Assembly (NCBI GenBank): GCA_023515725.1
Contig: JALDTO010000247.1
Location: 203,863-267,862 of the forward strand
Reading direction: 5' to 3'
Length of the DNA stretch: 64,000 nt
Origin: Amoeboaphelidium protococcarum X5
Lineage: Eukaryota; Fungi; Aphelidiomycota
In this document: one piece after another, positions 1 to 12,302 of the stretch
How positions within the stretch are numbered: position 1 is the first letter of the stretch
Layout of the letters: the number at the start of each line of letters is the position of its first letter
Program-made: the position numbers and the translations under genes
Notes under the pieces: generated by a model
The model's database searches: none
Seen by the model: the letters and a program-made list of their open reading frames with translations, nothing else
Told to the model about the DNA's origin: nothing

Positions 1-160
1 CTTCAGGTACGCCAAATACCAGTGGCATTGATGGACCGCAAAGATCCACATCAAGTACTCCCACTCTTAGACCGCGGCTGTGTAATGCTAACGCCAATTA
101 TCCACATACTGAAGATTTACCAACACCGCCCTTTCCACTTAATACTAGCAGCGTCTTCAT
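1..160 (-). CDS. CFD1: Cytosolic Fe-S cluster assembly P-loop NTPase CFD1/NUBP2, 5' part (runs off window start)
   Basis: [20 protein letters not shown](TAA=Q)[25 protein letters not shown]: deviant Walker A GKGGVGKS plus the DxDLxGPS motif. No N-terminal Cys cluster, so CFD1 rather than NBP35. Confidence 0.88.
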
Positions 161-601
161 ATTGTAATTCGGATTTTATTATATCTATCCGCTGATGATA
201 ATAGAAAAACGAAGCAAAATGTCTCTGATTATTGAAATAAATCTTAAGAGGCGCGTCTTCTCTCACTTTGTTAGGCAGAGTTACTTTAGTGTGTCAAATA
301 TTGTATGTAGAGTTGCTTTAGTGTATTGGACTGAACAATTTTACAAATAAGCAGTAAATATTTATTTAACATGGAAATTATCTAATAGTATCTACTAATC
401 TTTATTTGAAACACATGGATAGTTATGGACTCACTTGATGACTGATGTGGCGGTCATCCCTGAGTTAGAAGTGTTCATGCAAAGTTGGTGGTGTTATATC
501 ATGATATCATAAAATGGATACTGGCTTTACCTATTTTCAGTCTGAATTATCTGTAATCCTATTCAATTGGTCCTATTAAAATACATTATCAGCAAGAAGG
601 T

Positions 602-2428
602 ATGGATAATCAGTGGAAAGCGCAAGAAACTGCTCCAAGGACAGAAGAAAACGTGTAAGAGCAACTGCTTAGGGCGCGCAACATTACTGAACACCCCCAG
701 CCAGGATATCAAGGATATGGGGTGATGCCCCAAAAAGGCGCCGGTAAAGGTCCCAAAATTGCCCTCATGCCTCGCCGCAAAGAGGAGCAATCACAGACAG
801 CGTAGGTTCAGTTGAATAGGGAAGTGAAGACGCATACGGCAGCGTTCAATCCGGGTCCTATGCAGAGACCGTATCCATTTATGATGCCCTATTACGCAAG
901 CAAACTTGGCATGGCACCGCAAGCTTATCCTAGTAACTTTGTGTAAACTTATGGAATTGGTCCGTACAGCGATCACTACTACTATGGATTCACACCCAAG
1001 GATGTGTTGCTCTCGATTGCCAATTCTCCCCGCGGAAGACGTCATTCGCCGTATACCAATCCTGCATATGGCAAACTATCTTTAATGAGATAACGCGAGA
1101 TTTAGGACTCCAGAAGATTCATGATGCAAGTATAGGAAATCTTTATGCAGGGACGTATTCCAACCAACCAGTTTTTGCACGAGCTTATCGGAAGGCTAAA
1201 CTTTTGTATCAATCGCTCCATGTATGGTGGGAATTTGTCACCAGCATCAGCGGAAGTATTGATCAATGTGCAGTAATTCATCCAGGTATTGGGACAGGTG
1301 CTGCAGGAGAAGAATTATGATGAAAAGTTGCAGAGTTTCTTGCAGCACGCGTATCTATCTTCAATGTTTACGGCTCAGGTGAAGTAACGCATATCTCAGT
1401 ATGGAATGCCTGATTAGTAGTTTGGTAGAGGTGGCCAGTAGCAGCATGTCATGAAAATTCTAATGTAGTTGGGAAAGTTGTTGAAATCCGGCACTGAAGT
1501 TAGCGGTCTGCTGGAGATGATTGGCAATTCATAGTAATCCCAATCTCCGATGCCTGAGCCTTAGCAATAACGTCCAATGTAATCTTAGGCTGCGTCAATG
1601 AGAAATGGTGGCGGTGGAACGACGGTGGGCGGAGAGCAGATGTATGTGCGAGTCGATCAGAATGCTCCAAGTCCCCAGCAGTTCTAAGCACCTTCTGCGT
1701 AACCAATGATGAGAGATTATGCATCAGCTTTACGCACACCATTAACAGCTGATCAAGCGGCCCTAGTTGCCGAGTCTCTACGCAGTATCCTGTAATCGCT
1801 GCAGTAAAGTCCAGAGTTGCTGCAAGCTGTGATTCTGATTGCTCGTATGGCTGCGGAACTTGGTGCAGTGACTGGTAGGGAGTATCACAGGATGCATCGT
1901 ACTATTCCTCTGTCGTACTATGAAGCGAATAGGCCTGCTATGCTTGAAGATCTTAAGCAGTTGGTGTAAAGATTTGCAAATGGATATTCCTTGGATGGTC
2001 TGATACGCGTCATTGATTAGTTTTAATTGTTCATTACACAGGATTGGGAGACTAGGGACTATTTGGACTCTCTGCAGTATTTTTCTAGTCGTTGTATGGA
2101 TGATCCCGGCTACTTGAATGGTCCAGAATACACTCTGAAGTCTATCCGCCTGATTGAGGATGGTAGAAAGCTGTTTGGTACCAAGATTCCTCAGTTGATC
2201 AACAGCTTTGTGTTTGAATTGTAAAATATTCTGAATGGCCTGCAGTCCGATCGTGCATTGAATGCAATCTACTAATCTGGATGGTAGTTGGTTCAGTCTA
2301 TCCTGATGGATCCTCAATCAGGCTAGGTGACTTTGAAGTAGGATCTGATCTTTGAGAACTATATCCATTCACAGTTGTTTTATTGCCTATATTACAAGGA
2401 TGTTGCAGATGTGGGTGTAAAGTCTTGA
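602..2428 (+). CDS. Uncharacterised protein resembling the N-terminal half of fungal DUF5923/DUF4449-type proteins
   Basis: TGA-free frame 602-2428 with many TAR codons. GRIPTN...LSPASAEVL...LQEKNYDEKLQSFLQH resembles this family from memory. Start uncertain (a possible upstream ATG lies at 514). Confidence 0.6.
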
Positions 2429-2596
2429 AAACAAATACAGTAGGACGTTATATAACATCAATTTTTAATAATTGTCAAGTCGCCATTATCTACCTCTCAT
2501 TACTGCGGTATCAATTCATCGCTGTACTGTCGTTCTCGCGTCGCCACCGTTTCACTTTCACCAATACTACTGATCTTCATAGCTATTTAGGAGTTT

Positions 2597-2699
2597 TCTC
2601 TCTCTATCTCTCTCTCTCTCTCTTTCTGTTTTCTATCTCCCTTCTGCTTTCTTTAGACCGATCTTTGTCTGTGTGTGTGTGTCTGTGTGTGTGTGTGTG
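2597..2699. repeat. (CT)n and (GT)n microsatellites upstream of SHP1
   Basis: CT run at about 2597-2623 and GT run at about 2670-2699. Confidence 0.9.
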
Positions 2700-2805
2700 C
2701 TTTTCTTTTAACGAATTATCATCTGAACAGTCAAAATACTGCTAGTTATTATACCCTCTTGATTTCTACTTATTATTAATTACTAAATTAGACTGTAAAT
2801 TGAAA

Positions 2806-4097
2806 ATGGATGTAGAGAAATAGAACAAGATCTAAGCGCTGGTTGAAGTTAGTGGATTGGGTCCCACCGAGGCTGAACATTTGTTAGAGGCACATTAGTG
2901 GAATGTTGATGAAGCAGTAACGACTCATTATGACACTGGACTAAAGTAGCCACAGATTGCATCGACTGTCCAAAGGGGTAGCAGCGGTCAGTCTTAAGCT
3001 TCCGTGCCAGACAGGTAAATCTTATATACTAAAATATTGTCTTTAAATTTATTGTTATATTATGTTACTCTATTTGTAGTACAGGTAGAAGGGGAATTGC
3101 AACTTTTAGTGATCTAAAGCAATCTGGTGCTGGCCAGGGATAGGGTGATAAAGATGACAAGGAAAAGTAGACTTACTTTACCGGTGGTGAGAAGAGTGGA
3201 ATGCTGGTGGAAGGTCCACCTTAAGATATGGGATCCGGATCAAATGATGTTGTTCAGCAACTCTTGAAAAAGGCTCAGTAGATGGCTGGCTTTGGACCTT
3301 CTGAGGGTGATGATGATGACAATGATGATGGTTCATATTAGTCTAGAATGCCCCAGCAGTCCGCTTCATCCAGGCCAGTGTTTAAAGGCACGGGATACAA
3401 GTTGGGTGGGGAAGATGTGCAGAGTGAAGTCATTCCAGATCCTAGTTATCCTCAAGTGCCTGGTCAATCCGCTCTGAATTAGCATCAGCAGTAACAAGGG
3501 CACGAATTGCCAGAGGTGGAGAGACGTATCACCTTCTGGAAAGATGGATTTACTATTGGTGAAGATGGAGAGTTGCTAAAGTATGATGATCCAAAGAATA
3601 AACAAATACTTGAGTTGATTTTGAGTGGACGTGCGCCTCTGCATCTGTTCAATGTCCAGCCTGGTCAGAGAGCTGTGGTGAAAGTTGAAGAGAGGCGTGA
3701 CTAGATGTATGTTCCGCCTAAGCGTAGTGTGAAGGCTTTCTCTGGTACTGGAAATAGATTGGGAAGTGTAGTGCCTCAGGACTCTTCATCACCATCATCA
3801 TCGTAGTAGAAACCTCCGGCGCAACAATAATCATCATCGTTCACACTAAAGATTGATGACTCTAAGCCTGTAACTTCAATTCAAATCCGTTTAGCTGACG
3901 GTACTAGAATGGTGGCACGCTTTAATTTGACGCATACTGTGGCTGATGTTAGAAATTTCATCAACAACTCCAGGCCTGGTCAAGGAGGGAAAAGTTACAC
4001 TCTGTAGACTCAGTTCCCCACCAAAGTGTTGGACGATATGTAATCTCTCGGTGATGCTGGATTAAATAATGCAGTAATATTCCAAAAGATGTAGTGA
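2806..4097 (+). CDS. SHP1: p47/Shp1 (NSFL1C) Cdc48/p97 cofactor, UBA-SEP-UBX; intron 3015-3079
   Basis: UBA-like N-terminus (WNVDEAV), [12 protein letters not shown] domain ITFWKDGFT...GRAP, SHP box [24 protein letters not shown]...FP. Ends TGA 4095-4097. Confidence 0.92.
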
Positions 4098-4215
4098 TTT
4101 TGATCATTGAGTAAAAGCTTCATTAGCAGAATACTTGTAATAAAATTGTTAGTATAGGATTTACCTATTACGAGAAGATTTCACTTTATTTCACCCTCAT
4201 TGCTTATTACTTTCT

Positions 4216-7200
4216 TCAATGTTGGAGACTAGAGCGAAGGTTAGCAGTTTAAGCAGAGCCGCCAGATGGAGCATTTTAGATGATCAATCGCCTTAGACGG
4301 ACAGCTGCTATGACGGCGTTGGCGGCACATTTAAACAACAGACGACCTCGCACCCTGAGATGGATAGGACTTTGAGGACGGGCAGATATCAAATGGCACA
4401 GACTGTCAAAATGTTGAGCACGAGACAGCACAATCAACAAGATGGACTTTTAGTAAATCAGATCCTATTTGTGACCAAGGTCTTTGTGATATGACACCCG
4501 AATCTGTTACAGCTCTTTCATCATTACTTGGCAATGCTTATTATGCTTCTCACGCTCGTAATTTAGGAGGGCATTCAGCTTGTTAGAAGTCAATAGTAAG
4601 CCAGAGCTGTCTAAATGATGTTGTGATGAATTCACCGACATTCGTCCATACTCTGACGCACTCAGATTATTCTTAATATATTCCGCAAGCTCTCTTTACT
4701 ACTCTTTTAAAGCACTCAATTCTGCAGCCAACTATTGGGAAACAAGATCATCACGAGACGATGAAGGACTCCTTCTACTCACGGAAGAGACAGCCCTATG
4801 TTAATCTCGCTCTTCTCTTAGCCGGGTGATAATCTCGGTCTACTTTCTATTGACGGCTTCAAGTTCATTCAACTTATCTTTGAAAGATGTGACGAGCTGC
4901 TACCTCTCGGTTGACATATCTGACTACAATAGTTCAAACTGAGCAGACTACTGCTTCAATTTACCAATTACATCTTTCAACTGTCGTTCAAAAGCAAGCT
5001 TCTCCATCATCACACGTTCATACTCCAGCTTGAGCTCTTCAATGACTTTATCTCGCTTACGAACAGCCTTCTTTAGACGGGCGTAATCCTGTGACGGAAT
5101 ATCGGATGCCTGGCCACTGATTGCCGAAAGTGGAACTCTATCTTCGGTCATTGTAAGTTCCAACTGATCAATTCTCTTCATGAGCTTATCCACCATCAAC
5201 ATCTCGCCATCATTTTCATCGGCAGTTGGAGTTAATTACTACATGGAATTCTCGGACCTACCCAAAATCTGTTGAGAACCTTACACCGCAATTGGAGAGA
5301 TTTACTCTAAAAACTTTTGACGCAGCTCCACCAAAATTCCCTTTAAAATACCATTAGCCTCCATCTCATGCTCCCAGACACGTCTCAACTAGTCCACTTA
5401 GGCATGCAATAAGATCTAAGCAGCGTCCATATTGTCATCAGCCTCTGATTACACTTTGGTAATCTCTATTAGCGCTCTTCTTAACTACTTGACCTCTTCC
5501 TACAAAATACGATTCTCTGGATTGTATAAACTGACAGTATTATTCTATGCCACTTCCGAGTGACTTTACTTAAACTGCGCAGATCGAGTCAACTTGACCA
5601 ATTGATCAATGGCAGATAATGTCTCTCCCGTCTGACTGAACATTTCATAAAACTTCTTCTAATCTCCATCCTGATAGTCAGCATCATTTCCATTTAAAGA
5701 TGAAAATATTTAATCATCAGCATTCTATGAAAACTCTACATGGTTTTCCCTATTCTACAACGGCAGAACTCGGGACTGAATTTCCACTTGCTACTTTTAC
5801 ATCGCCGTCATTCGAGTCCCTGCAACTCTTAGCTATTCTTTCATCTCATTGGCTTACTAAGTCTTCACCATAATCTCAGATTTAAACTCACTCACTTGAC
5901 TCTCCAACTAACTGATATGCAAATTTTTGGTTCCATGCGCCAATTTCAGCTCTTGCAGTTGCTATTCCAGCTGCTGAATCTGCGTTTAGCTGTCATTAGT
6001 CATATTAGGGGAGCTTTTTTGAGAGTACAGCTTTGACAATTACGACTCAAGATCTGCAATGCACTAATCTCTGAACTTCAATTACTCGTCAAAACTATTC
6101 TAAGCCTCAGAGAGCGCAATCTCCAAATCTTAACATCGACTCTGAGTAGACTTTAGATCCGTCTCCATCTACTATAGCGCATCACCATTACCAGCTTTGT
6201 TATTATCCAAAGTCACTTTAGAGTCTAACTCAGCAGACAACTCCTTCAACTCTTGTCGAAGCGAAAGAGCAGTGCTTGACAATGTTGAATCTGACAATTT
6301 AGCAAAAATATTGTTCAAACAATCAAGCCACTCAGCGGCATCCAATAGCTCATCTTTATCTCCAATGACACCATTCAAGATGGATTCAAATTCAACATGC
6401 TGATGACAAAAGCTTTGAATTGCAGTAGCATATTACAGCAATAAATCTCTACTCCGATCAAATTAAACTTCTAATTGGATCGACTTATCATTCAAAAGGC
6501 GAAAGTTATTCTCCACCTAAGTCAGAGTTGCTTTAGTCTGCCTCAATTAATCCTGAGCCTCCTCATACGAATCTACAGAGATAACTTTTTGAGATCTCAC
6601 ACTATCCAAATCGTACTCCAAGTCGGCGATAATGGCAAGCTTTTATTATACGTCCTGCTTAGAGATGTCCAAATCGTGCTCCTTCTGGGATAAAAGGTCA
6701 GATAAATGTCTCGACTAATCTTTCAAAACTTGATTTTCACCAGCCAGCTCTGCAACTTACTCTTACAATTACGTAACTTCATTCTTCAATCTATTCGCAA
6801 ACTCGTTCAGTCTTAAACCAAGGGGAAAGTCTAACTTAACACTGTCGCTATCAACGCCATCGCCACTTTAAATCTCCAAGTATTCCGTAAGCATCTGGTT
6901 ATTATTCTAAATCTACTCAAAATCAGCTTTCACTTTCTACAGCGATGATTCCTGTTCACTAACTGTGCATTAAAGCATTAACTTCTCAGACTACAGTTGA
7001 TCATAGGACTGAACTTTTTGACGGATAATCGACGCTTAATCACCCTCAAATTGTTCAAATAGAGATACAAGGCGCTCAGATATGTTCTCCTCATTAAGCA
7101 CTTCATCATCATTTGCATAATTAATCACATCCTTGCCAGAAATCTAGCTAATAAACAATTGAAGCTATTTGTACACAGGGATGATCAATCGCAAATTCTC

Positions 7201-8340
7201 TGCAGTTGTCCCATTGGCATCTTTCAATTTATCATAATCCACCAACTTCTCTTCAAGATTCTTTAATAGCACGAGTTAAGTCGACACTTCAGCTTCATGA
7301 TCACTTCGCAAAGACTGCGTTTCTTTATGCAGTCTGTCAATTTCACTCTAAAGCTTTTAACAAGACTCTATTTACAGATCTCTATCATGCAAAGCTTATT
7401 CAACATCTGAACTTGAATCTTTCAACTTCTTTGAGTCTTTATAAAGTTCATGCACTTTGTTCAATAAAGAATCACTATCCAAATCTCCTTCTTGGTCAAA
7501 ATCAATCAGCTTTGCCAAGTCTTTGAAAACTGAATCCCGGTGAGCAAGTTCCACCTCTAATTTCTATTATAACTCCTGCTAATCTTCCAGCTCATTATGC
7601 TTCTGATTAAGGACATCATTACTAGCTTTCAAATCTTCCAATTCACTTAGACTCCCCGATAAAGACAGTTGCTTTTGATTTAATTACACTTCATACTCTT
7701 CATTCTTCAATTTAACAATCTGTAACTCTTCCTCTAAAGCTTTAAATCTATCTTTTTACTCTTAGTCAACCACTTTACTCTATTTTAGCTAATCATTGGT
7801 CGTATGTAACTCTTACTAAAGCTTTGACACTTGTTTACTCAAATTGGCATGTCCGTCCTTACTCGTTCTGAGCTGCGTCTGCAAATCTATAATCTCTTAT
7901 GACTATGCGTCCACATCCTTCTTCAGTTTAGAGTTTTCAGCTTCCAGTAATTGAATTCTGTCCAATAATTGAGATGAATTACGTCTGCTATAAGATGGAG
8001 GCGGTACATATTCCAGAGTGGGAGGAGATGGCTCAGATGGACTGATATTCGATTCAAAAGACGCAGGAGGCTGCTCCTAACCAATATCCAGATCTTAATC
8101 CCTCATAGATTCAGATTATTACGGTAGAGATAATGTATTTTCAGACTAAGTCTTATCATCCTAACTTTTCACTTCATCTGCAGCATCTTCATACAGACTC
8201 GTAGTAGATTGTTAGGCAGCAACGTCCACTGCTTGTTCACCACCATCAATGCCCTCCAGAGAAGACTGAGAAGAAGACTTTTTGCTCTAAAACTTATTAA
8301 GCCTCTTCCTAGCCAGAGCCAACTTTTCTTCTCTATTCAT
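4216..8340 (-). CDS. Pericentrin/AKAP9/Pcp1-like centrosomal coiled-coil protein with C-terminal PACT domain (~1374 aa)
   Basis: Start and stop are in the same frame, with no TGA in the segments translated. N-terminus MNREEKLALARKRLNKFQ, long heptad region, PACT motifs DLIY(TAA=Q)K and FKCAANAVIAAVRLRRL. Confidence 0.8.
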
Positions 8341-8704
8341 TAAAATGATTAATTGTATGACCACTATGCCACTGCAGAGTTATAAATTAAAATACAATAC
8401 AATGAGACAGATGAAATCAACACGATTTTGAAAGATTGAAACGGGAAAAGATTGAGCGACGCGTCGTTGGGAGTGACGCGAGAAATGGTCTCTCTCTCTA
8501 AGCCGGCCTGCCGACCTGGGTAGCATTAACTGTAGAGGGTGGCAGTGGCAGCCTCATATCATACGGAGAAGGGATAAAGTAAAAAAATGCTCTTAAAGCC
8601 TGCAAGCCAAAGTCAAAATTTAAAGTTTACAACAATCTGAAGTCAGATATAGACCACAAAAATTTTATCTTGCCTCACTAAGATTAAATTTCACAAACGA
8701 CAAA

Positions 8705-10729
8705 TCAGCGACGTACCTTAACAGCGCGGTATAGACCAATATAGGCGAAAATGAGCAACGCGACGAGTAATCCAGTTAGAATTAGCAGATCCAGATCAAC
8801 AGTGCGAGCATCATCCAATCCTAGTTTCGACAACGCCTGTTCGCCAGTAATCAAAGTATTCCCCGCCTCATCTTGGTACTTCCAACCAATGTACTCATTC
8901 TTCATCAGAGCGTGGAATCCGTACTTCATTGGAGACAAGTATTCTATCCAGATGAAATACACAGGCACCGAGGAAGTATTTACAAATAAGCCAGCAAAAG
9001 TCATGGCCGGCATCAAGATAATTGGTACAATGGCAAGGGCAACGTTGATGTCATTGAAAGCACAAGCTGCGAATATGCCAATTGTCTGTCCGACATTAGC
9101 CAGAATGATGAGGGTCAGAGCAAATATGAAGAACCTTTAAACATCAGCACAATCCCAGAACACTGTGAAGTACATCAGCACAGCCTACAGCAAAGGGAAG
9201 AAGATTTAAAATGGGAGATCAACCAAAATCTTACTCAAAAAGTACGCAGGTAAGGAGTAGTACCTATTGCTAAACTCCCGATAGAAAACCAACTTCTCAT
9301 TACTAAAGATGGTGAGGATACCAAAGGCGTACATCATGATCATATTCGCCACGATAAAGAAGAGGGCACCAGGACGATTCTGCAACTGCTAGTCCAATGT
9401 TCTAGTGTCTATGCGCCAGTAAATGCTGCCAAGCAGGAGAGATATGAACAAAACTTGAACCAGCTTAACATTAAATAGAAGAGGATTCCTCATGACATTC
9501 AGAAATGCTCTCTTGAACAGAAACTTGAATTGGGTAAAGAATGAAGTTGCAAACTTGTTGCCCTTGACCGCCTCAGCCAACGTATCACTGGATTACGCAC
9601 TAGAGTCATAATCTCCGTCATCATCCACTCTTGAGCCAATCGAATTAAATCGCATCTCCTTAGTGCGACCTTGAGATTAAGAACTCTAAGACTTGACATG
9701 CTTCTTCCAAGAATCCAGCAAAAATTGCTTCCTCTCTCCTACAGTCTTAAACTGAGGCAACTTGTCATCATATTGCCGCTTATCGTTCAGCACTTGCATG
9801 AATATGAAATCAGCAGGATTGACGTACTTTGGACACGTATAGCCCAGATTCTCAAAATAGTCCACCACCTTATTCACAGGACCGTCATATACCACGCGAC
9901 CTTCTTCCAGCAAAAACAGATCATCGAATAGCATAAATATGTCAGAATTAGGCTAATGAATCGTGGTGATGATGGTACGATCTTTGGCGAGCAACTTTAA
10001 CTGCTCCACGACATTAAAAGCGGTGAAGCTATCCAGACCGCTGGTGGGCTCATCGATGAACAATACCTGTGGATTGATAACTAGCTCCATAGCCAGAGCT
10101 GTGCGCTTAGACTCTCCACCAGATATATTCTTGATCTTGGTATTGGCGGTATGAGTAAGATTCAGCATGGACAAGACATCATCCACAATACGCTCCTTCT
10201 CCCCTATGCCGACAGATTCGGGTAGACGCAGCTGAGCACTCATCAGCACTGCCTCCCTGACCGTCTGAGTCTCCATCATAAGATCATTCTAATATACGTA
10301 GCCAGCCAACTTTCTCAGATCGCCACTACTCGTTTTCTGGCCATTGATCAGAACGTGTCCACCAGTCTTTGCGCCACTAACGTTAATTTCATCAGCGAGA
10401 ACGTTCAACAATGACGTTTTGCCGCTACCAGATGGGCCCATCACAGCCACCAGTCTGGAGTGCCGGAATCGGCCACTAACATTGCTCAAGATCTGCTTGT
10501 CAATTTTCACCTTTTTGTTCTATTTCATTCTAGCAATGAAGCCAGTGTCGAAAGACTCAGATACACCACCACCATTCTATTCGACATCCTTCAAGAACTT
10601 ATTGTCTGGCGCGACATCCTTTGCTTTCACCTTGACTGGTATCGTTAAATTGATATCGCGGAACGTCAGATCAATCGGGTTCTTCTACTTACACTATTAG
10701 CCACCTAGTAAAGGTTCAGTGTCCTGCAT
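8705..10729 (-). CDS. ABCG (White-type) half transporter, NBD-TMD
   Basis: Walker A GPSGSGKT, signature ISGGE, DEPTSGLD, TIH(TAG=Q)P, C-terminal ABC2 membrane domain. One frame from ATG 10729 to TGA 8705. Confidence 0.93.
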
Positions 10730-10969
10730 TTTATTTTAAAGTTTTATGAATAATAATTACTCAGGATATCCCCGCTGCAATAAAGAAAGAGGTGAGCATC
10801 CACAAAATGCGGCAATTTAGATGGAGGGATTCAAAGTGAAGATTGCGTAATACCGCGTGATTCCGCGTGCTTTTCTGCGATTGTTTGTTTGATTTTCAAA
10901 AAGAATGACGCGCGCTGTGTCGTTGCTTGTTAATTAGAGGCTGCAATAGAAAAAAATAGTGAATTAGTC

Positions 10970-12001
10970 ATGTCGGATCTGATATTTAAAAAGTCTGGCA
11001 TTCTAGCGGTGTATAAACCGAAAAGTATTCTTTCTGGAGATGTAGTTAATTTTGTAAAGTAGATTCTGACTCACCTTAGGTAAAAGCATGAGTAAACAGA
11101 CAATTAGTTGCAGGATAATGCGCGGAACAAGTATGGTTATAATAGAAAGAGAAAAAGAGCAGATCAATAGTTTGATATGCCCACTGTGGAAAGCCTTCAA
11201 CAATTTGACGCTTCGCCGGAATCTTCAACTGTCGCCGTGTAGAAGAAGAGAGTATATTGGCCTTATGGTGATCTGAAAGTGGGACATGGTGGCACTCTTG
11301 ACCCGATGGCATGTGGCGTTCTGATTGTGGGTATCAATAAAGGAACTAAGCTTTTAAATTAATTTCTGAATGGCGACGCGTGTAAAAAGACTTATATTGC
11401 TGATATAAAGTTTGGAACTGCGACTGATACGTATGATAGCTCAGGATCTACTACAGAAACTAAATCATTCGATCATATCACAAAGGATGCTATTGAATCT
11501 GCTCTTAAGAAACACTTTGCTGGTGATATTATGTAGAAGCCACCTATATACTCATCATTGAAAGTGGACGGCAAGAGGATGCATGCAATCGCTCGTGATC
11601 AGTCCACAGAAGAATCTAAGCGACTGATTTAGGATACACTAGATTCAATATTAGCGCGACCTGTGCACATCTTTTAGTCCAAGCTGCTATCTTTTGATTC
11701 TGAATATGGCACTTGCAAGATTGAAGTCGAATGTGGCGGTGGTACTTATATTCGATCTATAGTGCACGATCTCGGTCATTTGCTTGATTCATGTGCGCAT
11801 ATGACAGGATTAGAGAGAACGTAACAAGGTCCTTTTAACACGTCTGGCGATTCTGTGCTCAGATTGGAAGACTTGTTAGATTTGGCCAAATTTGATCTTT
11901 ACATGTCTGATGAAAGTATTCAAGAGAAAGTTGGTGAGTACTTTGAGACGCTACGTATTACGTCTGATAAGAACCCCAGCGAAGAGGTCAAGTCAGAATG
12001 A
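10970..12001 (+). CDS. PUS4: tRNA pseudouridine-55 synthase (TruB family)
   Basis: [49 protein letters not shown]. Ends TGA 11999-12001. Confidence 0.92.
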
Positions 12002-12302
12002 TTAAAATAAAACTAGTACATTCCGTTTCTTTATCGCTCCATGTGTTAGTTTCGCATGTTTTGTGAAACTTTTTCCACTCAATCGTTGTTCTTGACGGGC
12101 GCCATGGCAACGGGAACTCCTGCTTAAAGAACGAGCGGCCCGTTTCATGACGATCGCTAGAATTGTTGAAACGCATGCTGTCTCCTTCCATAGTAGCTAA
12201 AGCATTCACAGTTCTAACAGTCACTTTGAATATCTCCAAATTTATCATCATTTGTTCTCAGTGTGTTTTGGCTCTGCTATATCTTTATTCGAATACCTAA
12301 TT

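Noticed and set aside
514-592. Possible upstream exon and 40-nt GT..CAG intron for the 602-2428 gene
   Set aside because: It is frame-compatible but shorter than the other introns, lacks the TGTAG acceptor and has no homology support.
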